Below are positions 14,401-28,700 of a DNA stretch of 64,000 nucleotides, piece by piece. The DNA comes from Octopus sinensis (lineage: Eukaryota). The DNA is taken from the NCBI RefSeq assembly GCF_006345805.1, contig NC_043013.1:15252001-15316000 (forward strand), given 5' to 3'. Position 1 is the first letter of the stretch; every line of letters starts with the position of its first letter. The position numbers and the translations under genes were made by a program. The notes beneath the pieces are model-generated. The model did no database searches. It was not told the origin of the DNA and saw only the letters and a program-made list of their open reading frames with translations.

Positions 14401-17400
14401 TACCAACCACATGATTCTGGGTTCAGTCCCACTGCATGGCACTTTGGGCAAGTGTCTTCTACAATAGCCTTGGGCCAACCAAAGCCTTGTGAGTGGATTT
14501 GGTAGATGGAAACTGAAAGAAGCCTATCGTATATATGTATGTATATGTGTGTGTGTCTGTGTTTGTCCCCACCAACATCGCTTGACAACCGATGCTGGTG
14601 TGTTTATGTCTCCGTAACTTAGCGGTTTGGCAAAAGCAACAGATAGAATAAGTGCTAGGTTTACAAAGAATGTCCTGGGGTCGGTTTGCTTGACTAAAGG
14701 TGGTGCTCCAGCACGGCCACAGTCAAATGACTGAAACAAGTAAAAGAGTAAAAAGAGAGTTGTATCAATGTAACGAATTATTGTTGTTATTGTTTGCATT
14801 CTTCAAATATGTATAAGAACTTTTCTGATGCATTTTCAGGCCACATATACTAAATGCCTCATGGCTTTTAGATTGTGTGAAAGAGAGCAAGTATGTCCCA
14901 GAGAAACCCTATTACATCCAGAAGCTTCCCTTTGTAAAGGAATCGCACATGGAACCACCAAAGTGAGTTTTACAACAAAATTCTTACATGCAATTTATCA
15001 TTTTACTTATTTATTTACTGATCTCCATTCATTGCATCCTCCTCAATCCCCATCTCAAATCATCTGTCACACCCTTTCACACTTGTGACCTTACCTACCA
15101 ACACACTGTATCTGATCCTCTATCTCTATTCTCTCTCTTATATTCACCTTGTACCTTTAGAATATATCGTCACCATCTCTTCCTTACTTTTTCAGCTGGA
15201 GAAGGCATGTATCTCCTTTTCAGCAAGACACTTGTTCTTGTTCCCCTATCATATTTTCACTTCCCTTAATACTACACCCACCCTCACTCAGTTCAGACAT
15301 CTTGTCTTGTGAGTGATTTGGTAGCCTTATTAGTGGTGGTATAATGAGAAGGTGTCTGACCATAAAAAGCATGCCAAAGCAGACATTAGAACTCAACACT
15401 GTTCTAAATGCCACTAAACATTTTGTCAAGCATGCTAATGAATCTGCCAGTTTGCCATCTTAATAATAATCTCCACCTACAACATTCCTCTTCATTTCCA
15501 TCTCTATCCATCTGCAACTCTCCTTTTACACTCATGTAAACTTTGCTATCCCACTCACCCTGTCCAATCCTCTATACCACTTCGCTTATATTCACTTCCC
15601 TATAACTTGAGGAAAAACCCTGATACATCTCTCTCTCTCTCTCTTTTCTTTATTTCCCAACTGGGCTTAGCAATGTATCTCCTCTATGGCAAGACACCTA
15701 TTTTTTTTTCTTCTATCATGCTTTATCCTCTCATCACCTGATACAAAACCACCACCTTCAATACTACCCCACCTCTCAGTTGAAAAGTCTTGTCTTTCAA
15801 GTGACTTGGTGACTCCACTGGTGCCGGTGCCACATAAAATATACCTACTACACTCTGTAAAGTGACTTGTGTTAGGAAGTGCATCCAGCCATAGAAACTA
15901 TATCAAAGCAGACAGTGGAGCTTGGTGCAGTCCTCTTGCTTGTCAGTTATTGTTGAGCTGTCCAACTCATGCCAGATGTTAAATGGTGATGATGATGATG
16001 GTGAATAATTTTTTTTTCAGAGCACCTGCCCCTATCACAAAACGAAAGCCAGTTGGTGATGTATCACAGCTAAACACAACAAAGATAACTGCTACCACGA
16101 GTGAATTTGGCGAAAATACTGATGAAGAATTGGCTTTGATGAGTCAGTATCTCCAAGGATCAGTAATGTCTAAGAGTGAAGGTAAAAACATAATGCCATG
16201 TTATTTTTTTTTTGTGGGTGAGATGAGTGTGAAATCGAGTATGTATATATATGTTTGTTAAAATATGTTCTACATCCATATTGTGAACAAACTAAAGGTA
16301 ATCATCCACTTGTGTGGAATTAACTAAGTTGAATATTTATATATTTTAGCATTTTTATTTAGGTGCAGGTGTTGCTGTGTGGTAAGAAGTTTGCTTCCCA
16401 ACCACATGGTTCCAGGTTCAGTCCCACTGCATGGCACTTTGGGCAAGTGTCTTCTGCTATAGCCTCAGGCTGACCAAACCTTTGTGAGTGGATTTGATAT
16501 ATGGAAACTGAAAGAAGCCCATCATATATATGTGTGTGTGTGTGTGTCTTGACAATTAGTGTTGGTTTGTTTACAACCCCATAACTTAGCAGTTTGGCAA
16601 AAATTCATTTGACTGAAAATTCTTCAAGGCATTGCCCCAGCCTGACTGCAGTCTAATGACTAAAGCAAGTAAAAGATAAAACACTATTGCTCAACTTTGA
16701 CAACAACAGTCAATGTTTTCTTGTTTATTTATATCTTTTTTTTTTTCACATTTTTTACTTTATTGTAGCTCTACAAAGTACCTTCAGAAGTAACATTGCG
16801 CCCAGTATCAACAACATGTCAAATGGTACTTTAGAATCAGATCAGTCAGGTTAGTGTTGCTATTGCTTCACATAGTTTGCAACTGAAATACTTGATAATC
16901 TCTCTCTCTATATATATCTCTTATTATAAAAGGCAGATTTTATCTGCCTCCCTTTGGGAGTTATACAAATCTACAATATAGGATTTCTTCAATTACAATT
17001 TACCTAGCATTTTTGAGAGTACAATGCATCGCGTCATGCCAGGTCCAGTTTTTAAAATTTAAACTCCAATTAAGCAAAATTTACAGAAAACTCACATTCT
17101 GGTGTGTGTGTCAAATGCTTTTCTTAGTCTGGTTTACACCACACGCAAACGCACACACACAGTGTGCGACGAATAAAATGAAAGTAAATGTAATATTTGT
17201 TTCTGTCTATCACGCTGATAGATACATGAGTAAAATGTATGGGAAGTTAACAGATAACAGTGAGTGAAAATGTTCTTGGAAGAGAGTAAATTAGCGACAG
17301 AGTGATTTGAGCAAGACTAAACTGAAAGTATGAAACAGTGTTTATGTATAAACAGACGACACTTATATAAACCCTTTCGTTACCAAACCGCCCGAATTTA

Positions 17401-20400
17401 CCTATTCATATTTAAATGAGAATATCAGAGTAAATCTCTTTAGTACATTCGTGAAAACACGTATTATACTTCGTAAACACTTCAAATACAGTTTTGTACA
17501 AAAATCGAAGTGTAATTTTAATTCCGTGAATTATGGGAGATTTTTTTCCGAAATTTGTTCCTATTGTGTTTTCAAAATTTGTAATTCTGACAAAAAATGG
17601 ATACGAATTTCATTATATCAAGCAGCGAGTCAGAATTCGAAGGATTTTCTACTGAAGACCTTCATAAATCTAACTCTATGACTGAAAAAAAATAAGCATC
17701 TTTATATAAGAGTGAAGTTGTGTGTCTGTCCCCTTCGATTTAGATTCGTAACTACTCCCACATTTTGCCGTGCAGTTTAACCAAAAGCGGGTATCTTATA
17801 GTCGTGATTCATATCGAGCCCTTCTGGGTATTAGCATGAGTCTACGATTTAAAAAAAATTTACCATCATATTTTTCCATTTGAATGCATTTTTTTCGCTT
17901 TTATATAAGGGAAGTAACTCTCTAAAAATATCTACGATGTGTCAACGATTTAAAAAAAAAATTTACCTTAATTTTTTTTCAATTTTTAATGCATTTTTTT
18001 GCTATTTTTTGGCTATAACTCTCTAAAAATGCTTATATAGTTATTTCCCTTACAACCCGAGCAACGCCGGGCGATACTGCTAGTATATATAAACGGCAAA
18101 ATGTCTGTGTGTGTGTCTTTTATACAAATCCACAATTTTTCAGTTAGAGGGCTCGCACTTTCTATGGTCATTCAAAACCATCCAAGGGTGGTCGTGCACA
18201 TCTTTACATTTCCCCAGTCACCCTGCAAAGCCATTAAAAAATCAATAGAAGTGATTTTTTTGTGAATTTTCTCTCCAAAACCCAATCAAAATGCCTGAAA
18301 CTTGATATGCCAATTGAATGCCAGCTAGCTGTATGTGATTGGTTGGAGATTTGGACAGTACTCGCGTGTATGTGTGCATGCATGCACTAGCACTATGACC
18401 CGGCGTTGCTGGGTCATAGTGCTAGTTTTTGTTTAGAATACAAAGATGCATATAAAATATGACTATGTATATGCACAGGCTATATGACAGTAAAAGTATG
18501 CATTAATGTGAGACATACAGTGGTGTGTGCGTGTATGCATGCACATACACATAAATACATGATCATCATTTAACGTTTGTTTTCCATGCTGGCATGGGTT
18601 GGATGGTTTGACAGGAGCTGACAAACCAGAAGATTGCATGTGGCTTCACTATCTGTTTTGGCATGGTTTTTATGGCTGGATGTCCTTCCTAATGCCAACC
18701 ACCTTACAAAGTGAACAGAGTCCTTTTTGTGCATGTAGGTGTGACCAAAGTATGTATTATTTTTGTTAGAAATGCAATAATGTATATAACTTTCCCTCTC
18801 TCTCTCCGGTTGACCATGTACCTCCTCTATAGCAAGACACCTGTTTCTGTCTCTCTCTCACAAACTAACCTTTCTTCATCTGACACAAGATCACCTCCTC
18901 CAATACCCTCTCCCCTCTCAAAATTCCTTGTCTTGCAAGTTATTTGGTGATCTTGCTCATGCTGGCACCAAATAAGCATTCAGTCCACTCTGCAGAATGG
19001 TTGGTGTTAGGAAGGGCATCCAGCTGTAAAAGCCATATCAAAACACAGTAGCCTGGAGTAGTCTTCTACCTGGCCAGCTCCTGTCAAACTGTCCAACCTA
19101 TGCCAGCATGGATGGCGGACATTGAACAATGATGATGATATAATGTTTGTACATGTATGTGTGTGGGCATATGTGACCACGAAAGTATGTATTTTTATTA
19201 GAATTATAGTGTTATAGTGATTAGTGTGTGTATGTATAGTACCAATACAATACATGATGTATATAACCCACAACAGCATGTATGTATAGCGTTTGTATGT
19301 GTGTAAGTGTTTATGTATGGTCAAGAAAATATATTATTTTTGTGTGAAATACTGGTTAGCAGTAACAACCTATGAGTCGTGTTATTTTTTTCCCTTCTCC
19401 CTTTCTCCAAGATCCTACAAAAGTTATGCATTACCCTTGTTCTTTTGACTATGTCAGTAAAAGAAAATTGAGCGTGTAATGTGTGAAGAATTATTTGCAT
19501 TTCAGAAATGACTGATCCTGTGAATACTGGTGGTATTTTTTCTGGTAAAACATTTATTTGTTGTGGATTAGCGGAAGATACACCAGTTATTGAAAATGCT
19601 GTTATAGAAAATGGAGGTATGCCCTTGTGATTATTTCATAATTTATGCCTGAAACAAGGTTCTATTGCTGGTTACTTACTATTGGCATAAATTGTGTGTA
19701 TTTATGTTTATTTTCCATGATAGTCTGAGTTGGACAAGTCTGTTGCAATGCAGTGTTACATCACATGTTGTAGTACCTTATTGTGTATGTTATATTGTTT
19801 TTGTTTTTGGTGGGGAAGAGAGCAAAGCTCTGTGTGTGTGATTCTGAATCCCGACACCACACATATAATTATTTGATGATGATTGCATTTATGTTTATAT
19901 ATGTGTATCTGTTTCATGAGTTGCAAAACAATGCCAGTCATAAAATCTGTAAAGATGACCGTGAGATCAGCAATCTAGCACCTTACCATCACTGAGCTTA
20001 TATCATATCTACATATTTTAGTATATAAGGACACAGAATAAAACAACAAAAACTGTTTAAGATTTTATATTTCTGCTGGTGGTTTAGGTATTGCACTCAG
20101 GATCATGAGATTGTGATTTTGATTCTCAGATCAGGCAGTGCATTGTATTGCTCTGTGATTACTTTTTGACATCTAGCATGTGGCATGTTATGCAGCTGTA
20201 CAAGTAATGTCAATTTAATGGCAACAGTGAGCTCATGTACAGCACAAATAGTTGATAATTATAAACAAATAATCTGTGCAACTTGTTTAGCAAGAAATTG
20301 GAATTGTCTTCATGAGACAACCGAGAATAAATTTGTCATATCCATGTCTTCTTTCTGAGTCAACACTTTAAAATAGACCAGTGTGTTCTAAATAATTGTT

Positions 20401-23056
20401 TTACTGATGTCACATGTGATCAGGTGTCATTCTTTAACTTCTAACCTTCACTTAACTCTCATTAAATCACAAATGCTATGTATTTTTATTCAATGTTATA
20501 ATTTTAATTTTGTCTTTTTTTTTTTGTTTTGAAGGTATAATTTTGAAAAACATTCATCAGATCCCTGATTATGCACTTGTTCCACTGGGTGGCTGTACTA
20601 TAAAATTCACTGCCAATGAAGTGGTCACTCATGTCTGGCTAGTCAGTATCATTTGTTATTACATCCCATAATCTCCTGAAATTGTTCTGAGTTTGTCTGA
20701 ACTTGCAAAATTCTTTCACATGAGATATTAATATTCATAGGTTGTGATAGATTGGTGTAAAAAGTTGTGATGGATGGATCTGTGGTGAGAAGTTTGCTTC
20801 CTAACCACATGGTTTTGGATTCTGTCCCACAGTATGGGCAAGAGTCTTCTGTTATAGCTTCAGGTCAACCAAAATCTTATGAGTAGATTTGGTGGATAGA
20901 AACTGAAAGACATCCATTATACATGTGTATATTTTGCTTAAATTAGGAATCATTATCAATACACGTATGAAACTAGCCTCGTCTTTTCATTAACACTACA
21001 TTTCAAACTGTTTAGTCTCTACTTGTCATTTTATTTTCTGCTTTACATCTTTTATTCCATGTTTCTGGCAGCTGTTCTTACAAATGGAACCCCTTTCTAC
21101 AGTCTGTTTGATGTCCAGCCATTTAAACTGAGGCAGGAAGGGCTATATAGCTTGTTTAGGTGCAAAGCATAAACGCTAATAGTAGTAGTAAAGAAGGAAG
21201 GATATTTTGAACTCCAGACCATATCAGCCATAGTCCAGCACCCTTATTTCACAAGTATACCTCATATTGTCTTATTTACTTATATACATATGGTTTGATG
21301 GGGTTAGAAATCTCCATAATCTAATGGTTTGGGAATTCCATTTCAGATCCATCTCATAAATTATGTAAAGATTAGTAGTGGTTTAGATTATCTGAAAATA
21401 TTATTGTGGTATCATTAGGGTTAGAAAGTAGTAGGCAATCCATCATAATTAGCTTAATAGAAACAAAGTTATATTTTGTACTAGTAGTATGCTTGAATAA
21501 TTAACTTATTGTTTTGTTCTCTCTTTATAGGAATCTTGTTTAGAAAAACATCGTCTGGTTCCCATTAGTGACAGTGTTCTATTTCAACCAATTGAGATCA
21601 ACCACCTTGCCAAACCCCTAACAAACTGCGTCATATCATTCAGGTAAGTGTCTTTTCTAAGAAAGACTAAAGCTTTCACAGAGCACAGGTGAGACCCATA
21701 GTGAAGTACTGGTCCTATGTCTGGGAGCATATGTTCACATGCACACACATACGTGGTGCTAAAACACCTAAAAGGTCCACGAGGCTCCGGCAGGGGGTAG
21801 TGGCGGCCCCTGTTGTACTCTTTCGCCACAGCTTTCTCTCACTCTCTCTTTTGTTTCTTGAGTAACGATGCAATGGACTGGTGTCCCGTCCAGCTGGGGG
21901 GAACATGTACGCCACAAAAACCGGGCCCATGAACCTGGATAGGCTTGAAAAGGGCGACGTTTAACGTTTTAAAGGCGGTGCCCCAGCATGGCCACAATGT
22001 GAGCTGAAACTAGATGAAATGAAATGAAATGATATGTAATTGAAACTTTCATTACTTTTTATACTTTTCCTAAGTGACGCTAACCTCACACTGTCTATGA
22101 TACTTCAAGGAATGAATTAGCGTGTAAGAGAGAAAGAAACAGAAGCCTTAATGCTCTGTTGTTGCCTAACAAATAAGCTGACAGTGTATTGAACACTGAT
22201 TGATCTTGCTGTTCAACAAAGGGAGTTATTTATTCTACATGGTTGCTTGATCTTCAGGAAATAACTGCCAAATCCCTCTCAAATCACACTATATATATAT
22301 ATATATATATATATATTTTACATGAACTATGAGGTGCTGAAAAGTTCTTGGTTTTGGATAAAAGAAAATACAGGAGGATTATTTAATTATGATTTTTTTT
22401 TTCAACATATTCCCTTCTCAGTTTCACACACTTATTGCGGCATCCTCCAGTTTTTCCTAAGTCCTCTAAAAGAACTCAGAAGGTTGGGCTTCCAACCAGG
22501 CCTTTTGCAATACCCTTAAAGCCAGGAACTTGTCGGGACCCCATTATCGGAGACCACCAGTCTGAAGGCAGTTATCTTTCTGATATATGTAATGGCTGTT
22601 AGTTTTAAGACCCTCACATTGTACCTAAATCAGTGTTACATTAACTTTGGAGATTCTGAAAGATGGAAGGTAAAAACACAATAACAACAAAGATTATTTT
22701 CTATTTCCACAATGTCTTTTATTATTATGTGATTATTGTAAAACATTTTATTTGCAGTGGCTTGAATTATATTGAAAAGAATTGCCTAATGTACCTTGGA
22801 AAACTTCTTGGAGCAAAGTAAGCAAGCATTTATAATTAAATTAATTCAGTGAATGTATACTCTTTTACTTGTTTCAGTCATTTGACTGTGGCCATGCTGG
22901 AGCACCGCCTTTTAATCGAGCAACTCGACCCCGGGACTTATTCTTTTGTAAGCCCAGTACTTATTCTATCAGTCTCTTTTGCCAAACCGCTAAGTAACGG
23001 GGACATAAATACACCAGCATCGGTTGTCAAGCAATGATAGGGGACAAACACACACA

Positions 23057-23102
<46 letters not shown>

Positions 23103-25682
23103 TACATGATGATGATGATACGACGGGCTTCTTTCAGTTTCTGTCTCCCAAATCCACTCACAAGGCTTTGGTTGGCCCGAGGCTATAGTAGAAGATACTT
23201 GCCCAAGGTGCCACGCAGTGGGACTGAACCCGGAACCATGTGCTTGGTAGACAAGCTACTTACCACCTTGATTTTTTTTTTCTTGAAATTCATTTTTAAT
23301 TATTTCCTAATATCAGCTTCTTTTCTTTCTTTTTTTATTGGTCATTAACCCATATACACCCCTAGTTGCATTTTCCCAATGCAAAACCTGCTCCTACTTG
23401 TTAGGACATGAACTCGCTGAGAAGCATCTGGCTGAGCATACAAAATATTCAGTAGGTAATCAACACCGGTAGCTAACAGTTGCATACTGGCCTTCTCATC
23501 CAGATTGTGAAAGCTCACCATGATGTTTACACTAAATACAGAGAAATTTTATGACTTCATTTTTTTTATGGGCATATAAGGGTTAAGAGAATCACTTGAA
23601 AGATCTTTAACTATTATCCTTTTACTAGTTTCAACCAGTTGGCTGTTTCCATACTGGAACAGCAATATTATGCTTTCTGTTAAAGGGTGCTACCTGGAGA
23701 TTATATTCTCATCTTTCTCACAGAATAAAATTTATTCTGCTGTTTGAACTGTTCCTTTTACTATTTACAGACACAAAGTATTGCTAGGTCCCTCAAATTC
23801 TAGTGTTTCACTATGTATACGTGTGTGTGTGTGTGTTTCCATCATGATATGGCTGTAAACAAGGTGCGGATGTGGCTGTGTGATTCAGAAGTTTGATCAC
23901 AGGTTCTGTCTCACTGCATGGCACCTTAGGTAAGTGTCTTCTACTATAGTCTTGATCCTGATCAGTCTTGTGTGTAGATTTGGTAGATGGAATCTGATAG
24001 AAGCCTGTTATGTATATATAGACATATAGATAGATTTATGAGTGTGTTTGTGTCTCCTTGTCTTGACATCATGTGATAGTTCTAAATAATTACCACTGTC
24101 ATATAAGCAGTGTTAGTCATTTCCAGTATTCTGCAAAAACATGTCAGACCACGTGGAAAATATTACCTTGCCTTGGAAACAGAGTTGGTGACACAAAGGG
24201 CATCTGTCCATAGAAAATCAGCCTGAATAGACTGTTTAACCAATGCAAACTTGGCATGGGGACATTGAAAATGATGGTGGTGTATTTATGTGTGTGTACA
24301 TATATACAGGGTCATCAAAAAAGGTTTCTGTGATTTCAGAATGAAATAACTAAGTCTGTATTAAAGGTATACTATTTATTTATACACCAAAACACACAGA
24401 AAATCTTAAATTTTTCTTACATTACTTAGTAGGTTTCGATATGAGCCTCTTTTGTTACATGGCAACCATCTAAGCGATAGTCAACCTCCCTCCAGGTGTG
24501 CTGAACGATATCAGGATTTACAGTCGCTATCGCTGTGTGGATTCTCTCTCTTAAATGTTGCAGATCCTGGATTTTTTCTGCATAGACAATCTGCTTAAGA
24601 TAATCCCAAAAGAAAAAGGCCATAAGAGTTAGATCAGGACCACTAGGTGGCCACAAAACAGGACCATTCCTTCCAATACAATGGCCAGGTAATCTGTTGT
24701 TGAGAGCTTGTCGCACATTATGGCTGTAGTGAGCCGGCACTCTGTCCTGCTGGAGAATTACACTTATTCCCTTTTCTCTTTCAATGTCTGCAATTTGAGA
24801 GAATACATAAATTTCTAGCATGTCCAAGTAACTAGTGCCCATAATTATGTTTTCTGCAATCATGAAAGGGCTGACAACACGATTGACCAGGAGTCCACAC
24901 CACACATTAACCTTGGTCAAATTACGGACATACTGGAAAACTTCATTGAGTTGCTGAGCTCCATCATCATCATCATCATTGTTCGACCGTGGTCGGGACA
25001 ATGGAATTTACTATGCTACGCCAGACTTCACGGTCCATCATAGCATTATGGAGGTCCTGTTGCTGGATGCCTGTATCCCTGTATCCCTACATCAGGGTAG
25101 GAGAGTGTGCACCCACTGGTATCGCGAGTAGATGAGCTCCCCATATCCAGCTGTATGTCGGTTAACGCAACCATTTATGTGGAATGTTGCTTCATCACTA
25201 AATAAAATACTGTCATCAATTTCTCTCAGCATCGTTACAGCAAATTCAACGCATTTAGGATTATCTGTCTCCTTAATTTTATGTCTCATTTGAATTTTGT
25301 AAGCATGCAGTCTTAGGCATTTTTATTTTTGGCATACGAAGTTCCAAACTGCGTTGAGTGGTGGACTTCTTAGGACTATGCAAACCTTACAGTCTCAATC
25401 TTGTCCATAAGAATGCCGAAAATGACATTGCACTAAAACAACTGGCTTAAACTAAGTGTGCCACAGTACACACCACACTTTCTGCTGTACAATCACCATG
25501 ATTGCTGTGGAATGACTGGCTGGAAGCTCGGTAGTGAAATAGTGATTTCAAGGACAATGCAGTGGCAAATATCAAAACTCCTACAGTTGTTATACAGTCC
25601 CATGTTGATTTCATACAGATCACTTGCTTATAGCTAGTGCAACTGACAACTAAAATCACAGAAACCTTTTTCGATGACCCTG

Positions 25683-25713
<31 letters not shown>

Positions 25714-28700
25714 CAAAACGTATACATCTTTATATATATATATATATATATATCTTTTTTTAATTTCAGCACTCAGCTAGTTTTTGTGAAAAAGCCAACC
25801 AAGGGTATGTTAAGTAATACTCATCTAGTTGTCAAGGAAGCAGAGGGACAAAAATATGAAGCTGCTATTAAATGGAAGGTACATGTTGTGAAAATAGAGT
25901 AAGCATTTCTTTTTATTATTCTATTTATTATTGTTGTTATTATTAAGTGGGTAAGCTGGGAGAATTGTTAGAAGACTGGACAAAATGCTTTGTGGTACTT
26001 GTTCTGAATTGAAAACCTGCTGAGGTTAACTTTACTCATCTCTCTTGGGTGGATGATATCAATTAATCACCATGCTTCAAATTGCTGGATTTATGCCAAA
26101 GTTTGAAACCAAGTGGACAAGCTAGCAGAGTTTTTTTTTTTGTCCACTAAGTTCAAATTCCATCAAGGTTGACTTTGCCTTTAATCCTTTCAAGGGTCGA
26201 TGTAGTTAACTAATCTCATCCCCCTAAATTTCAGGCTTTGTACCCATGGTAGAAAGGATAATTATTATTATTTTGGCTTTAATATGCATGTTTGAGACAA
26301 TCACTTGCTGGGTCACACCCAGCGGCCTAGAGCAAGTGAAGGTTAAGAGATTTTTAAATGTAATTGAAAGTCTGGGGAGAGTAAGTGGGGTGAACGATAC
26401 AGAAATACCTTCATATAATACAACACAACACAAAGCATTTGACTTAACTTGATAGGGGAGTCTCCAATGAAGTGGGCACTAATCATCAGTACAATCTTTT
26501 GGATTTCTTTGAGAGATGGATCTCCTGGGATGTTATCTGTTTCTAACATCTCTATTTTTATTAAGTGCAAGTGATATAACAGAAACGGTTTTTGTTTTAA
26601 GATGCCACAGCTTTTGTATTTTGATTTCTTGATTCTTATATTTACTGAGTTTGTTAAATTCCTTAACAGATACTTTCTTAGTTTACTAGTAATTTCTTTC
26701 CTGTTTTTAATGATTGTCTAGTTGGTTAGCCTAGATTGTTCTGTCAGTGTTAACAGGAAAATCCCAGAGGATGGTAACTTCTTCACCTTCAACCACTGGC
26801 TCAGGATGGTTTTCATACCATTTAGCTTGAAACAAGATGGTCTATAGTTCATCAGATTTGTTGCAGAAGCTGCACCACTTTTCAGAATATTTGCTGGGTA
26901 ATTTCTGGTGAACAAGGTCTGGTCTTGTGCTGCCTTCAGTCTTTACTTTCAATCTTAACCCTTTCGTTAACAACCCAGCCAAAATCAGCTCTGGCTCTGT
27001 AGTACAAATGTCTTGTTTTTATAAGTTTTGAATTAAAGTATTCCACCAAACCTTAGTCACAATTTATGTTCCTAAGGCTAGCTTAATGATAACTAAGTTA
27101 TTTTACTAAACCCTTTGTTATATTTAAAATAATTGAAAGAAACACAGTGCGGGTGGCACATAAAAAGCACCCACTACACTCACGGAGTGGTTGGCGTTAG
27201 GAAGGGCATCCAGCCGTAGAAACACTGCCAGATTTGACTGGGCCTGATGAAGCCTTCTGGCTTCACAGACCCCAGTAGAACCATCCAACCCATGCTAGCA
27301 TGGAAAACGGACGCTAAACGATGATGATGATGACAGAGCATCTCAAAATAAATACAGTAACGAAAGGGTTAAACTCTTCAGCCACAGACGGGTTGTTTCT
27401 TAGTAAGCATCAGCATCTTGGCTTCGAAGGACATATAGTCTATACAGGGACTTCTATCATCACCATCATCATCATCATCATGATAATGTTGATAATGATA
27501 ATAATGATAATGATAATAATGATAATGATAGCTGTAAGCTGACAGAATTTATTAAAATACCTGATAATGTACCTAGTAGCATTTCATTCATCTTTATGTT
27601 CCACATTCAAATTCCACTGTGGTCAATAAGTACCAGTTGAACACTGGGATTGATGTAATGAACCAGCCCACTTTGTTTTAACATTTCAGTCCTCGTGTCT
27701 ATAGGAGAAAGGATTATTATTATTATTTATTATAGGCAATGAGCTGCCAACATCATTGGCATGCAGGACAAAATGCTTAACAACATTTCATCCATCTTTA
27801 TGCTCTGAGTTCAAATTCCATTAAGGTGTACTTTGCCTCTCATCCTTTTCAGGTCAATGAAAATAAGTACTAGTCAGGTACTGGGTCAGTGTAATCGATT
27901 TGCCCCCTCTCCCTAAAATTTCAGGCCTTGTGCCTATAGTAGCAAGGATTGTTATTATATTGCAATATTTCTTGAATTTTTCAGATGGATTTTAGCATGT
28001 GCAAAGAGTGGTAAGTTAGAGCCTGAAGATAACTATATTTGTAGACCTGTTACCTGCAAAGATGGTGTCAGTCTGGTCAAGGAGAATAATGTCAAGAATA
28101 ACACTTGTTTAATTGAAAATGACCAAAATGATGGGAATGGTTCTCTTGTTACCAAGAAACGAACCTCGGTATCTGATGTGAGACCAAACCACCTGGCGAA
28201 TGATGTTTCTACGTGTAATGATGTTCAACAACCCCAGTGTAACAGTATTGTCATGGAAGGTTTGGCTAGTTCAGACAATAGCCAGAAGGAGAATAGACAT
28301 TCCCTATCACATAAACAGATGCCTGTCTCATTACACACATCTAGAATTTTGGTATGTTATTTTACTTATTGTTTCTGCATGCCAACAAGGGATTCTCTAT
28401 GTGGTTGTTTAACCTACTAGAAATAGCAGCTAAATCTCCCCCAAATCACACAATACAGTCTTAACCCATTTGATGCCAACCTGCCTTAGTCTGCTCCTGG
28501 TTCTATGATATGAGCGCCCTGTTTTAAATTTATCTAAATTTTAAGCCTTCCATCAAAATTTCATAGTGATCTGTGTTCTAAACACCAGCTGGAATAATTT
28601 TATTAAATCCTTCATTACTTTCAAAATTAACAGAAACAAATGCAATGTATTTCAACAAAAATATTGTAGCAAAATAGTTAAATTAGAAAAGGAAACAGAT

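Larger units (their letters stand above)
24307..25682 (-). mobile_element. Full-length Tc1/mariner DNA transposon of DD41D (rosa/VS-like) type, inactivated
   Basis: 30-bp TIRs CAGGGTCATC(A/G)AAAAAGGTTTCTGTGATTT with one mismatch, TA-flanked inside (TA)n. Transposase pieces [24 protein letters not shown] and QQD-x41-(D>A)FFFW. Confidence 0.9.
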
